64,000 nucleotides of DNA from Sedimentisphaerales bacterium (GTDB lineage: Bacteria > Planctomycetota > Phycisphaerae > Sedimentisphaerales > Anaerobacaceae): assembly GCA_963708075.1 (NCBI GenBank), contig OY970194.1, positions 1,952,001-2,016,000 on the forward strand, given 5' to 3'. A program made the position numbers and the translations under genes. Within the stretch, counting starts at the first letter, position 1, and the number at the start of each line of letters is the position of its first letter. The notes below the pieces were generated by a model that was not told the origin of the DNA, ran no database searches, and saw only the letters and a list, made by a program, of their open reading frames with translations. This document shows, piece by piece, positions 29,633 through 41,010 of the stretch.

Positions 29633-29661
29633 AGAGTACACCGCCTGGGATGGGCTGTCAA
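29633..29661 (-). promoter_or_regulatory. sigma70-type promoter; a divergent TTGATG-16-TACAAT lies on the plus strand at 29680-29707
   Basis: TTGACA-17 nt-TACTCT on the minus strand, ~60 nt before ATG 29573. Confidence 0.55.
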
Positions 29662-29707
29662 TCGCCCCATCTGAATGACTTGATGTGACTCTTGCGGGCG
29701 GTACAAT

Positions 29708-31153
29708 GTGGCCATGAAGCACCAAGGAGTTACCTCAATGATAATGGTCTGTTGTTCTGTAACGCCTCGCATCGCACGCTTGTGTTTGGTTCTGGCGTTT
29801 GTCTCTGTCGTCGACGCCGGCACCCCTGCCTCTTTACGGCCGACAGTGGAAATCGAGGAGGACGTCTACAGCTACAAGCCCGCGGACAACGGGGCCGGGC
29901 CGATGTGGTGTCACGGGTCCACGTGCCTCGTGCACATCGGCGATGACCTCTTCGCCGGCGGTCTGGAGACGATACCAGGAGTCAAGCCGCTCAACAACTG
30001 CCGCTGGATGCTGTTTCTGCGAGGGCCGCAGGGTTGGCGGAAGGTCTGCTTCGATGCCTCCGGACGGACCCGAGAGCCTTCTCCGCTGGCCGGCTTCCCG
30101 GACGGCCGGTTGTTCCTCTCGGCCAATCCGACGTTGAATGCGGACCCGAACGCCTATTCCGGGCCGGCACGGCCTGAGCTGCTTCAATTTGACGTTCGTG
30201 ACCCGAACAAGCCGGCGCGAACGTTGATCCCCGTCTGGTCCAATCAACCCAAGTTCACCGAACACTCATATCGGAGCTTCGCCGCCGATGGGCCCAATCG
30301 CGAGCTGATCCTGTTTCAAAACATCGGGTACACGCACGCCGAATGGACGTTCCTGGACCGCCAGGGTCAGTGGAGCACGCAGGGTCAGCTCAAATGGCCC
30401 TGGGGCGCAGACTACTCGAAGCCACAGCCAATCCGCGTATGCTATCCCAACGTGGCACTAAGGAATCGCGAGGTTCATTTCTGCGGCGTCAGCGACATCG
30501 TCGAGCCGAACGAACAATGGCGTGCGTTCAAGAGACAGCTCACCGGCCGGGAGTGGGACTATGACTTCCGCCGGTTGTTCTATACCTGGTCGCCTGATAT
30601 CACCACCGGCCGATTTCAGCCCTGGGTGGAGATCGCCAGTCGCGAGAAGACCTGTGGGTGGATCAGCCCCGGCGACCTGTGGCTGGCCCCGGACGGCCGA
30701 GTGCACATCCTGTGGACCGAGCGAGCCCTTGACGAGCGTCTGCGCGAAAAGTTCTTCCCGAACGAGAGACAGAGCCACTCGCTGAACTACGCCGTGGTGC
30801 GCCAGGGCGAGGTGCTCTCGCGTCGCACACTGCTGATGGCGGAGGAAGGCAAGTCGAACGAGCGAGCCGGCCAGGGCAGATTTCACATCGGCTCCGACAA
30901 CCGCCTATTCGTGTTCTTCTACGTGTCGGGCTCGGACGGCAACAGCCGACACATCTCCGAGAACCGCATGCTGGAAATCCGGAGTGACGGATCGGTCAGC
31001 GATTCGGTCCGCGTTCCCCTGGAGAAGCCATTTACCGACTTCATGACCGCCACGCCCCGGGCCGGTTCACCGCCATCCAGCATCCTGGAGCTGCTGGGCA
31101 CACGCCAGGGCTCAGGAACGACGATCAGTTTCGCACGAATCAGGATCGAATGA
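29708..31153 (+). CDS. Secreted hypothetical protein, probable beta-propeller (sialidase/BNR-like); start uncertain
   Basis: Long ORF with coding-like composition and a hydrophobic N-region; NGAGPMWC, CYPNVAL, DLWLAPDGRVHILW. Confidence 0.55.
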   Translation: MAMKHQGVTSMIMVCCSVTPRIARLCLVLAFVSVVDAGTPASLRPTVEIEEDVYSYKPADNGAGPMWCHGSTCLVHIGDDLFAGGLETIPGVKPLNNCRWMLFLRGPQGWRKVCFDASGRTREPSPLAGFPDGRLFLSANPTLNADPNAYSGPARPELLQFDVRDPNKPARTLIPVWSNQPKFTEHSYRSFAADGPNRELILFQNIGYTHAEWTFLDRQGQWSTQGQLKWPWGADYSKPQPIRVCYPNVALRNREVHFCGVSDIVEPNEQWRAFKRQLTGREWDYDFRRLFYTWSPDITTGRFQPWVEIASREKTCGWISPGDLWLAPDGRVHILWTERALDERLREKFFPNERQSHSLNYAVVRQGEVLSRRTLLMAEEGKSNERAGQGRFHIGSDNRLFVFFYVSGSDGNSRHISENRMLEIRSDGSVSDSVRVPLEKPFTDFMTATPRAGSPPSSILELLGTRQGSGTTISFARIRIE

Positions 31154-31201
31154 CAAGCAGCCGTCGCCCGTGCCAGGCATAGAAGGTTAAGGGGGTCAAC
31201 G

Positions 31202-32749
31202 ATGAACGCCCACGATTTGCCGGGAATGACACGCAGAGAATTCCTGAAGACAGCAGCTTGCATTTCCTCTGTGCTTCTGCCCTCCAATGAGGCGCCGGCT
31301 GCGGCATTGTCCGGGTCAAAGCCGAATATCCTTTATCTCATGACCGACCAGCATCGGGGTGACTGTCTCGGGTGCGCGGGCAATGCCATCATCAAGACAC
31401 CCAGTCTGGATTCCACCGCCGCCGATGGTGTTCTATTTACGAATGCCTATTCATCCACGCCGAGTTGCACGCCGGCCCGCAGTGCGATCCTGACCGGGTT
31501 GTCGCCGTGGCATCACGGAATGCTCGGCTATGGCCGCGTGGCTGAGCAATATCCATTCGAGCTGCCTCAGGCGATGCGGGATGCCGGGTACTACCTGTTC
31601 GGCATCGGCAAGATGCACTGGTACCCGCAGAAGAAGCTTCGCGGCTATCACGGCCTGCTCGTGGATGAATCGGGACGCTCAGAAACGCCGGGCTTCGTGA
31701 GTGACTATCGCCTCTGGTTCCGGCAGCAGGCCCCCGATCTCAATCCGGATGCGACCGGCATCGGCTGGAACGACTATCGGGCCAAGTCGTACGCCCTGCC
31801 CGAGCGGCTCCATCCTACCACATGGACCGGCGATCGGGCAGTCGAGTTCATCGAGAAATATGATCGGCCGGAGCCGTTCCTGTTGAAGGTCTCGTTCGCC
31901 AGGCCGCACAGCCCCTACGATCCGCCGCAGCGATTCCTGGACATGTACAGCGCCGACGAAATGCCTGCCCCTTGGATCGGAGACTGGGCCGGCCGACACG
32001 CCTCGCATGAGGAGCCGCCCAATCCGAGCCTCTGGCACGGCGACCTGGGCATCCGCCAGGCGAAGGAATCCCGCCGGGCCTACTACGGATCGGTGACATT
32101 CATCGATGAGCAGATCGGGCGAATCCTGACGGCCCTCAAAAGGCGGGGCTTGTACGACAATACGCTGATCCTCTTTTTCGCCGACCACGGCGACATGCTC
32201 GGCGACCATCATCTGTGGCGCAAGACCTACGCCTACGAAAGCTCGGCCAAGATCCCCATGATCCTGCGATGGCCCAAGAGCATGGACATGGCCCGACAGC
32301 GAGGCGGGACGCTGCCCCAGCCCGTCGAATTGCGGGATGTCCTGCCAACCTTCCTCGACGCCGCCGGAGCGCCCGTCCCGAGCCATCTCGATGGAAGAAG
32401 TCTGCTGGAGCCGGTCCGCGGACAGACGCGCAACTGGCGTCCCTTCATCGACCTCGAGCACTCGATGTGCTACAGCAACGACCACTGGACGGCGCTGACC
32501 GACGGCAGGCAGAAGTACATCCACTATGCCTATGACGGGAGAGAGCAGCTCTTCGACTTGGGCAAAGACCCCGGAGAATGTCACGACCTGGCAGATGAAC
32601 CAAGCCCGCAGGATACTCTGAAGCTCTGGCGGCAGCGCATGGTCACACACTTGTCCGAACGCGGCAATGAATTCGTGGAGAACGGGGCCCTCACGATACG
32701 CAGGAAACCGCTGCTCTATTCGCCCAACTACCCGGGAAAGAGGGAGTGA
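31202..32749 (+). CDS. Tat-exported Cys-type S1 sulfatase
   Basis: TRREFLK signal; PNILYLMTDQHR, CTPARSAILTG, GKMH, PHSPY, ADHGDMLG. Confidence 0.92.
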   Translation: MNAHDLPGMTRREFLKTAACISSVLLPSNEAPAAALSGSKPNILYLMTDQHRGDCLGCAGNAIIKTPSLDSTAADGVLFTNAYSSTPSCTPARSAILTGLSPWHHGMLGYGRVAEQYPFELPQAMRDAGYYLFGIGKMHWYPQKKLRGYHGLLVDESGRSETPGFVSDYRLWFRQQAPDLNPDATGIGWNDYRAKSYALPERLHPTTWTGDRAVEFIEKYDRPEPFLLKVSFARPHSPYDPPQRFLDMYSADEMPAPWIGDWAGRHASHEEPPNPSLWHGDLGIRQAKESRRAYYGSVTFIDEQIGRILTALKRRGLYDNTLILFFADHGDMLGDHHLWRKTYAYESSAKIPMILRWPKSMDMARQRGGTLPQPVELRDVLPTFLDAAGAPVPSHLDGRSLLEPVRGQTRNWRPFIDLEHSMCYSNDHWTALTDGRQKYIHYAYDGREQLFDLGKDPGECHDLADEPSPQDTLKLWRQRMVTHLSERGNEFVENGALTIRRKPLLYSPNYPGKRE

Positions 32750-32793
32750 CTCACCGCCACTGTTCTATTCAGACAAATATGTACCAAAGAGGC

Positions 32794-32941
32794 ATGAGGA
32801 ACTGGAATACGGCAGACAGCTTGGATCGACGTGACTTTCTTCCCGTGGCATGCGGCAGTGGTCATGCTGCTTTCGGCACAGATGGATGGACAATCGTTTC
32901 TGCCGTTGCTGTGCGGGGACTCGATTCCCTGGCGTGACCAT
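32794..32941 (+). pseudogene. Internally deleted sulfatase remnant
   Basis: MRNWNTADSLDRRDFL (Tat-like start) followed in another frame by QMDGQSFLPLLCGDSIPWRD, a typical sulfatase C-terminal motif. Confidence 0.55.
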
Positions 32942-33099
32942 AGCTCCCAGCCACTTTCAGTTGTTGCGACATCGCAGATGCTCGTGTACTCTATGACTCC
33001 AAGTGTTCGCATGAATGGAGCTGTGCGATTGTGCAAAAGACAATCAGATATCAGCCTTCCGGCCCATCCGGGATCCAGAAGGCTACGGAGTTGACCCAG

Positions 33100-36000
33100 A
33101 TGACCCTACAGACCCCGAGCGCTCATGCCGAATCCAAAATGCTCCCGTCGTCCCTTCGGGCAGCACTCTGTCTTTCCATGTTCGTATGCAGCATCGCCAA
33201 TGTGACTACCGCGGGTGATTGGCCCACCTATCGGCACGATGCGATGCACAGTGGAGTAAGCCCCGAAAGCCTGCACGGCGACCTGTCCCTTCAATGGACC
33301 TATGTTCCGATGCACCCGCCAAAGCCAGCGTGGCCTGCGCCTTCGGAGGAAATGCCGCGCATGCACACCGACAACGCCTTTCAGGTTGCCGTGGCTGATG
33401 GCCGCGTTTTCTTTGGCTCCTCTGTGACCAACGAGATTTCTGCGATCGACGCCGCCTCAGGTACCATATCCTGGAGCTTCTTCACGGAAGGTCCCGTCCG
33501 CTTTGCTCCAACCGCATACAACGGTCGCGTGTACGCAGGCTCGGATGATGGCTATGTCTATTGCCTCAAGGCCCGTGATGGATCCCTTGTTTGGAAATAC
33601 CGACCGGGCCCGAGCGATGAAAAGGTCATCGGCAATGAGCGATTGATCTCCCTCTGGCCGGTTCGCACCAGCGTCCTGGTGGACCAGGGCACGCTCTACT
33701 GCAGTGCCGGCGTGTTTCCCTACGAAGGGATCTACATCTGTGCCCTCAACGCGGATGATGGGTCCGTCATCTGGAGAAACGATACCATCGGCGACCGTGC
33801 GCACGAACTCAGCTTCGGGGGCATATCGCCGCACGGCTACCTGTTGGCCTCCAAAGACACCCTCTACGTTCCTGCCGGCCGTGCCATGCCCGCCGCCTTC
33901 AGCCGGCGCACGGGGGAGTTCCTGTTCTGGGCCCCTCCCGGCGGTAAGCAAGGCGGCACGTGGTCCCTCTTGAATGACAACCAGCTCATCGCCGGCGTAG
34001 ACCGCTCCGGAACCCCTCATAAGGTCGCGTATGACGCCGAGACAGGCGCGAGCCGGGGAGATGTCTTCGCCTGGTTTCCCGGGTTGGACATGGTGATCAA
34101 AGATAAAACGGCCTACGTTCTCACTCGCGCAGGCATCTACGCCATTGATCGTGACGCCCACGCCCAGGCCGCCCGAAAGGCCGCTCCCCCGGCAAGGCAA
34201 CGGGAAGCGATGGCAAAGGAGCTTGCCCAACTCAGAGGAGACATCCAGAAGGCACAAGGGGAGGAACGAGCGAAGATCCGTACCAGGATTGATGAGATCG
34301 GCCGTCTCACGGCGGCGTCTCTGGCCGAGGATAAGCATCTACAGAATTCCTGCGTCACATGGCATCTACCCGCTCCGCAGTGCAATTCCCTCATCCTGGC
34401 CGGTGACATCCTTTTCATTGGCGGCTCGAAACAGGTACTCGGCGTCGAGGTACAGACGGGCCGGAAGGTATGGCAGGCAGGCGTCACTGGAAATGCTCTT
34501 GGTCTCGCTGCCGGCGATGGCCGCCTGATCGTCAGCACCGACGATGGCAGGATCTGTTGCTTTGCCGACGCCAAGAGTCCTTCGGCGCCGAAGGAGACAA
34601 GGATCGTGCGCGATCCCAATGTCTTTCAAGGTCATCCCCAGAGACAGTTTTACCGCGATGCAGCGCGCCGGATCGTTGACGAAAGCCGGATGACGAAAGG
34701 GTATTGTCTCGTTGTTGACTGCAACGTGGGGCAGCTCGCCTATGAATTGACGCAGATCACCGACCTCAAGATCGTGGGGCTCGAGAAAGACCCCCACAAA
34801 CTCCGGATTGCCCGGGACAGGCTGCGATCGGCAGGCTTGCTGGGCTCGCGCGTGGTCGTTGAGCCCTGGGACATCGCGTCTCTGCCCCTCTACTTCGCCA
34901 ATCTCATCGTCTCGGACGAGCTGTTGACCACGGGGGCCGTCACGGTGACACGAGAGCAGTTGGAGCGTATCGTGAGGCCGGCCGGCGGGACCGTTGTCGC
35001 GGGCATGCCGGGCAACGGTGGCAGTCTGCGATGGCGCACTTTCAAACGCCCCAAACTCGAACAGGCGGGGAGCTGGACCCACGAGTACGGCAATCCGCAG
35101 AACACGGCCTGCTCCTCCGACCAGTTGGCCAAGGGCCCGTTTGGAGTCCTGTGGTTCGGGGAGCCGGGGCCGCTGTCGATGGTGGAGCGGCACGCCAGGG
35201 CACAGAGTCCCGTATCCATGGACGGCCGCTTGTTCATCCAGGGAGAAGAGCTGATTCTGGCGGTCGATGCCTACAATGGGACCCCGCTATGGCAACGCCG
35301 AATCCCCGGCGCGGTGCGGCCTCGCGTGGATGTGGATGGAGGGAATCTGGCCTTGACCGAAGAAGCTCTCTACGTGGCGGCCTACGATCGATGCCTGCGC
35401 CTGGACCCGGCAACCGGCGCTACAGTTCGCATCTATGACCTGCCGGAGGCCGGCGGCAGCACCTACCGCTGGGGCTGCGTCTCGACCGATCGGAACATCC
35501 TGTTCGGCATCAGGGCCGAGCCCTTCAAGCAGCCTTACGGGGCCGACCTCAGAGCCAAGCATGCGGACCCGAACATTGACATACAACAGGCTTACACGAG
35601 GTCAAATGCGGAGTGGTTCCCCATGGCCAACTACCCGCTCTGGGAGAACTACAGCCCGGACAAAGGCTCAGTAACAAACAAGATGATGGCCGGTGACATG
35701 GTCTTCGCGCTCAATCCAGGTACCGGGGCGACCCTGTGGACTCATCAGGGCAAGCGAATTGGCAAACTAACGATGTCCATAGGCGATGGAAAGGTGTTCT
35801 TCGCGGAGAGCAGCGTCACGGATAGCCTGACAAACCAGGCCTTGGACGAGCGCCGCGGACTCATCCGCAAAGGTCTCTACGAAGAGACTCAGAGGATGAA
35901 GAAGGCCGGGGAATATGCACCGTCCGACGTCAGGCTTGTGGTGGCCCTCGACGCTGCCACCGGCAAGAAGCTCTGGGAAAGGCCCGTGGATTTCACCGGT

Positions 36001-37215
36001 TGCTGCGGGGATGCCATGGGCTCCGCCTATCAGAATGATGTGCTGCTATTCTTCGGCTGCGTCGGCAACCATGATGCCTACCGTTTCCAGGAAGACCAGC
36101 TCACGTACCGGCGTATTGTGGCCCTGTCGGCCTCCACGGGCGAGATCCTGTGGTCGCGTCCGATCAACTATCGCACGCGGCCTGTGGTCATCGGCGATAG
36201 AATCATCATCGAGCCCCGAGCGTGCGATCTGCGTACGGGCAGGATCCAGATGCGGCTTGACCCGATCACGGAAAAGCAGGTCCCCTGGGAGTTCCTGCGT
36301 CCGGGGCACACCTGTGCCATTACCAGCGCCTCGCCGAACGCCTTGTTCTATCGCTCTTCCTGCGTGGCCTTCTACGACCTTGTCCGTGACGCAGGAGTGG
36401 CCCTCTTCGGAGGTATCCGCCCCGGCTGCTGGATCAACATGATCCCGGCGAACGGCCTCGTACTCGTGCCGGAGGCCAGCGTGGGTTGCACCTGCTCATA
36501 CCCCCTTCGTGGTTCTTTTGCGCTGGTGAACAAATCCGACAGGGTTCAGCCCTGGACCGTCTTCATCAACCACACGGAAATGAAGCAGAGAGAGCAGGTG
36601 TTGCCCAGCCCATACGACAAGCCCGTGAAACACCTTGCCGTGAATTTCGGCGCACCGGGGGACATGAAAGACGAGAATGGCACATTGTGGCTGGCCTACC
36701 CCAATCCCAGGACGGTGTACGGTCAGAACCACTTCGCCAACTACGGCATCAAGTTCAACCTGAACGAGGTGATCCTGAAGGATATGGGGTATTTCCGCCA
36801 TGACTTCAGAGGCATCAAGATCGAAGGGACGAATGAACCCTGGCTCTTCACCTCCGGCTGTCTGGGACTGCTCCGCTGTGAAATACCAGTACGGGACAAG
36901 GACCCGAACCATGAGCCGGGCCTCTACACAGTCTGTCTCGGATTCCGGCCTGATGACCATGACAAACCGGGCCAGCGGGTGTGCGACATCAAGCTGCAAG
37001 GCCGTATCGTGTCCGCAGACTTCGACATCTCGCGAATCTCGGGTGGAACCGACAAGGCCATAGTCCAGGAGTTCCAGGACGTCGCGGTCGACGCGGACCT
37101 CCTCCTGGAATTCGTCCCCAAAACAACGACCCCGGACAAGACGCAGGCTCCCCTCATCAATTTCGTGGAGATCATCCAGCAGGATAAACCTCCGCTTGCC
37201 AAGCGCGATGGTTGA
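33100..37215 (+). CDS. Secreted PQQ-like beta-propeller + methyltransferase-like + propeller + malectin-like protein
   Basis: DWPTYRHD...SG, GPVRFAP, GSWTHEYGNPQNT, VLWFG, FGGIRPGCW, CTCSY, NFGAPGD, GQRVCDI; GGAG RBS before ATG 33100. Confidence 0.8.
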   Translation: MTLQTPSAHAESKMLPSSLRAALCLSMFVCSIANVTTAGDWPTYRHDAMHSGVSPESLHGDLSLQWTYVPMHPPKPAWPAPSEEMPRMHTDNAFQVAVADGRVFFGSSVTNEISAIDAASGTISWSFFTEGPVRFAPTAYNGRVYAGSDDGYVYCLKARDGSLVWKYRPGPSDEKVIGNERLISLWPVRTSVLVDQGTLYCSAGVFPYEGIYICALNADDGSVIWRNDTIGDRAHELSFGGISPHGYLLASKDTLYVPAGRAMPAAFSRRTGEFLFWAPPGGKQGGTWSLLNDNQLIAGVDRSGTPHKVAYDAETGASRGDVFAWFPGLDMVIKDKTAYVLTRAGIYAIDRDAHAQAARKAAPPARQREAMAKELAQLRGDIQKAQGEERAKIRTRIDEIGRLTAASLAEDKHLQNSCVTWHLPAPQCNSLILAGDILFIGGSKQVLGVEVQTGRKVWQAGVTGNALGLAAGDGRLIVSTDDGRICCFADAKSPSAPKETRIVRDPNVFQGHPQRQFYRDAARRIVDESRMTKGYCLVVDCNVGQLAYELTQITDLKIVGLEKDPHKLRIARDRLRSAGLLGSRVVVEPWDIASLPLYFANLIVSDELLTTGAVTVTREQLERIVRPAGGTVVAGMPGNGGSLRWRTFKRPKLEQAGSWTHEYGNPQNTACSSDQLAKGPFGVLWFGEPGPLSMVERHARAQSPVSMDGRLFIQGEELILAVDAYNGTPLWQRRIPGAVRPRVDVDGGNLALTEEALYVAAYDRCLRLDPATGATVRIYDLPEAGGSTYRWGCVSTDRNILFGIRAEPFKQPYGADLRAKHADPNIDIQQAYTRSNAEWFPMANYPLWENYSPDKGSVTNKMMAGDMVFALNPGTGATLWTHQGKRIGKLTMSIGDGKVFFAESSVTDSLTNQALDERRGLIRKGLYEETQRMKKAGEYAPSDVRLVVALDAATGKKLWERPVDFTGCCGDAMGSAYQNDVLLFFGCVGNHDAYRFQEDQLTYRRIVALSASTGEILWSRPINYRTRPVVIGDRIIIEPRACDLRTGRIQMRLDPITEKQVPWEFLRPGHTCAITSASPNALFYRSSCVAFYDLVRDAGVALFGGIRPGCWINMIPANGLVLVPEASVGCTCSYPLRGSFALVNKSDRVQPWTVFINHTEMKQREQVLPSPYDKPVKHLAVNFGAPGDMKDENGTLWLAYPNPRTVYGQNHFANYGIKFNLNEVILKDMGYFRHDFRGIKIEGTNEPWLFTSGCLGLLRCEIPVRDKDPNHEPGLYTVCLGFRPDDHDKPGQRVCDIKLQGRIVSADFDISRISGGTDKAIVQEFQDVAVDADLLLEFVPKTTTPDKTQAPLINFVEIIQQDKPPLAKRDG

Positions 37216-37272
37216 TGGACCAGAGCCCTCGGCCAGGACTCCCTACGCCCTGCTGACACTCTCACCCATGGC

Positions 37273-38819
37273 CTACTCCTCCTGGCCGATCTGCGCGCAG
37301 CCTTTTGACGTTTGGCGCGCTTGCCTTCCTTGGCTTTTCCCGTTCGATTCCCTTCGACCTGGCGAGTTGCTCGGCCGGGAAAGTCGACGCCAAGATTCTG
37401 GGATTGTTGTTTCGGACCGCCGGGAACCCAGGACTGCAGATCGCCTGTCGTAGCTGTAATGCCCCACGAATCACCTGTCTCTCGCATAATTGAAGTCAGC
37501 CGGTCGTCAAATTCCTTGACCAGTGCCTTCTGAGATGGATCGTCCACGAGGTTTCTCTTCTCCCAGGGATCGTTCTTCAGATCGAAGAGGAACCAGGGTT
37601 TGTCTTTCGTGCGCGCATACATGTGCTGACGTGTGTGCAGAGCCCTCCAGCCCGGCCATGGGACATAAGCGTATGGCATTTGGAGATAAACATAGTCGCG
37701 TGGCGGCTTCGTGGTTTCGCCACGCAGCAAGGGCGAGAAATCGGCGCCGTCCACGCCGGCGGGCGCCTTGAGCCCGGCCAGACCGGCCAACGTCGGATAG
37801 ACATCAGGCGAGCCGAACGGATCGGCGATCACTGTGCCCGGTTTGATCGCTCGTGGATGACGGATCAGGAACGGAACGCGCGCCGATTCCTCATAGGGCC
37901 AGCGCTTGGCTTTAACGCCCTGGCAGCCGATCATGTCCCCGTGGTCGGAGGAATAAACCACGATCGTATCATCGGCGACACCGGCCTGGTCCAGAGCCTG
38001 AAGGATACGTTTGAATTCATCATCAAGGCTTTCGATCATTCCATAATAGTCAGGTAGGCACTGTTTCGCGTTCTCAGCGGGCAATCCCTCGGGGACGTTG
38101 GGCGGAATCGCGACCTTGGAGAAATGCTCCGCGTACCCTTCCGGAGCCTTATAAGGACTATGGGGGAGAATCCAGGAAACAAAAAGCATCCACGGCTTTG
38201 GACCTTTGCTCTTTTCGGCGATGAACTTGAGAGCCACATCGGTCACGTTCGCGGACTGCCGGTCGGTGCGGTAGAAGCCGAACTCGGTCTTCGGGGCCGG
38301 GAAACCGTACGTCGGGTCCTTGGCATCCTTGGGCGGGGAGATGTGCCATTTGCCCGAATACCCGGTTTCGTAGCCGGCGTCGCGGAACGTCTCGGCAACG
38401 CATTTGACCGTGGGACGGAATGTGACACCGTTGCTCATCACGCCATTGAGATGGGCATATTGTCCCGACATCAGGCAGGCACGATAGGGACAACAGACGG
38501 GCGTGTTCGACATCGCGGCGTCCAGCCGGGCGCCCTGCCTGGCGAAGGCGTCGAGAACCGGCGTGCGGGCATTGGCGTCGCCGTAGCAGCCCATGGAATA
38601 CGCCCGCTGCATGTCGGAGAAGACAAACAGGACATTAGGCCGGCGTGCGAGACTCCGGCCGCCCTCAGTGGCACCCAAAGCATGCACCGATTCGGTCATA
38701 TCCAGGAAGGACGCGGCCAATCCCACCGCCCCCACACGCAGGAAGGCGCGGCGGTCCAATACTGCCGTTCCCCTGCCACAATCACCTTTGGTTATTGTCG
38801 TCGCGCCTTGCCGATCCAT
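37273..38819 (-). CDS. Tat-exported Cys-type S1 sulfatase; true stop probably at 37273 (possible frameshift near 37293)
   Basis: DRRAFLR signal; PNVLFVFSD, CCPYRACLMSG, GKWH, PHSPY, SDHGDM. The listed ORF runs ~290 nt into the convergent gene, while a shifted frame ends ...AQIGQEE*. Confidence 0.85.
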
Positions 38820-39038
38820 TGGGACCTCACTCAAACGCTCAGAATATGGAATAAAAAGATGTTCCATTAGTTACCACGAAACCGTGCAGGACACAAGTAC
38901 TACCGCGCCGCCAGTGCTCCTGATTGAGCAAGTTGGCCTCCACTCAGGAATAACGTGGGTCAATAAGAATAATCCATTCGCTCACTATAGTTGATGTCAC
39001 TGCTCTGCACGAGATATGATGGCGGCAGAGGTGCTATC

Positions 39039-39389
39039 ATGGTGAAAACCAAATCAGTGTATGACTCGGCAGAGGAATCGGACGGCGAGAGAATTCTGGT
39101 AACGCGATATTGGCCGCGTGGCATTTCGAAAGCCCGCCTGGCCGCAGCAGAGTGGATACGAGAAGTCGCCCCAAGCAAAGAACTGCTGGAGGATTGGAAA
39201 GCGAGTCGGATCTCGTGGGACGAATATGCAGTCCGCTACCACAAAGAGATGCTGGCTCACGGATCAGCCATTGCAGCGCTCAAACGCAAAGCCGGGGCGA
39301 GCACGATTACTCTACTCTGCTTTGAGCGTGAGGGAGACCCTCACTGCCACCGTCATCTTCTGAAGAACTTGATCGACATCCAGGAGTAA
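39039..39389 (+). CDS. DUF488 (YeaO-like) protein
   Basis: DGERILVTRYWPRGISK, VAPSKELL, TLLCFE, CHRHLL. Confidence 0.85.
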   Translation: MVKTKSVYDSAEESDGERILVTRYWPRGISKARLAAAEWIREVAPSKELLEDWKASRISWDEYAVRYHKEMLAHGSAIAALKRKAGASTITLLCFEREGDPHCHRHLLKNLIDIQE

Positions 39390-39439
39390 TCACAGAGGGT
39401 GCTGTGTCCTCACCCTGTGCCCTCTGCCGATGGAGATGC

Positions 39440-39976
39440 TTAGAAGTTTTCTCCCACCATCTCAAAGTATGCCTGCGGGTGCTTGCAGACCGGGCACATC
39501 GTCAGAGCCTTTTCTCCTTCATAGACAAACCCGCAGTTGCGACATCGCCATTTCACTCGCTGGGGTTTTGCGAAGACGCGGCCGGACTCAAAATTCTCCA
39601 GCAGCTTCTTATATCGCTCTTCATGCTCCTTCTCGATCTTCGCCAGGCCATCGAACAGACGAGCGATCTCCTCGAAACCCTCCTGTCGGGCAGCCTTTGC
39701 CATCTCGGGGTACATCCTGGTCCATTCGTAGTTCTCGCCTCCGGCCGCCTCTCGCAGGTTCGCCGCCGTGTCCCCGATGCCCTCCAGCAGCTTCAGGTGG
39801 AGCTTGGCGTGCTCCTTTTCCTGGTCGGCCGTCTCCAGGAAGATCGCCGCGATCTGCTCATAGCCCTCTTTCTTCGCCGCAGAGGCGAAATACGTGTACT
39901 TGTTGCGAGCCTGAGATTCCCCCGCAAACGCCTGCTTGAGATTCTGCTCCGTCTTGCTGCCCTTCAGTTCAGCCAT
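39440..39976 (-). CDS. rbr: Rubrerythrin
   Basis: [29 protein letters not shown], and a rubredoxin-like CRNC...CPVC; AGGAG RBS. Confidence 0.92.
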   Translation of the reverse strand: MAELKGSKTEQNLKQAFAGESQARNKYTYFASAAKKEGYEQIAAIFLETADQEKEHAKLHLKLLEGIGDTAANLREAAGGENYEWTRMYPEMAKAARQEGFEEIARLFDGLAKIEKEHEERYKKLLENFESGRVFAKPQRVKWRCRNCGFVYEGEKALTMCPVCKHPQAYFEMVGENF

Positions 39977-40192
39977 GATCTTCTCCTGTTGGCCCATGCC
40001 AGATAGCGATCCCTGGGTTGCCCGGACACTTGCCGAATAGTACAGACTCCTGTGGTTCGTGTCACGCACGTACTTGCCATGGCCTGCTCGCAGACGTGAC
40101 GCCGGACGATGCGGAGCCAATATGCCGTCAAGCCTAGGGTCTGTCTGGCACGTCACATAGTGTTTGCCGGTCTCCCTTCATGGCATTTTCAC

Positions 40193-40220
40193 TTGATCTC
40201 CACCAGCTCGCCCTTACAAT
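40193..40220 (+). promoter_or_regulatory. sigma70-type promoter upstream of mscL
   Basis: TTGATC-16 nt-TACAAT, ~230 nt before the mscL start. Confidence 0.4.
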
Positions 40221-40448
40221 ACGAGCATAGCCTCTGAAACGGTTGGACTCTGTGGTCAAGAGAGTAGATCAAGATCAATGATTCATTTCCTCTCACGTGT
40301 CAGATGGCATTTGTTGGAACCGACGCGTTTCAGCCACCTTTGTGGACGCAGGACGGAATGGTCGCACTCACCCGCCTTCCGCACCGTATCCGGAAGTCAC
40401 GGTGACGGACGTGTCACACTATAAACACCGTTTTCAAGGAGAAAGAAA

Positions 40449-40817
40449 ATGGGACTGCTGAAGGAATTCAGAGACTTCGCCGTCAAAGGCAACGCCATGG
40501 ACATGGCCGTGGGCATTATTATCGGAGCTGCGTTCAACAAGATTGTCAGCTCCCTGGTGAACGATGTCATCATGCCCCCCATAGGCATGCTCCTGGGAGG
40601 TGTCGACTTCAAGAACCTGCAGTTGACTCTGAAGGAGGCCACCATGTCTGCCGCGGGCACGGAGATACCGGCTGTAGCCGTACGCTACGGCCTGTTCATC
40701 AATACCGTCATTGACTTTCTGATCGTGGCCTTCACGATCTTCCTGGTCATCAGAACGATCAACCGTCTTGCTCAGATGCGTCCGCCGTTTGTCCGCGCCG
40801 AGCCTACAGCAAAATAG
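40449..40817 (+). CDS. mscL: Large-conductance mechanosensitive channel
   Basis: [59 protein letters not shown]. Confidence 0.95.
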   Translation: MGLLKEFRDFAVKGNAMDMAVGIIIGAAFNKIVSSLVNDVIMPPIGMLLGGVDFKNLQLTLKEATMSAAGTEIPAVAVRYGLFINTVIDFLIVAFTIFLVIRTINRLAQMRPPFVRAEPTAK

Positions 40818-41010
40818 ATGAAAACACTGGGTGTACGTCCGGAGCGGGCCGCGTGATTCTCCGGACGCTCGTTGCACCCTGATCGGGAGGCAGGAACCTG
40901 TTTAGCTGTTCCCGGTTCTGTGTGGCCTTCGGGACATCCGAGTCCCGTTTGGAGGTATTGTCGTTGGACTGGTAGTTTCTTGTGGATGTGAATCTATAAA
41001 GGAATCACTC

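Noticed and set aside
36924..37272. C-terminal extension of the sulfatase ORF overlapping the PQQ-like gene
   Set aside because: It is antisense to a well-supported malectin-like domain; more likely read-through from an indel near 37293.
40066..40080. sigma54-like box upstream of rubrerythrin (TGGCAAGTACGTGC)
   Set aside because: GG-to-GC spacing is one base short; a similar box near 49410 is two short.
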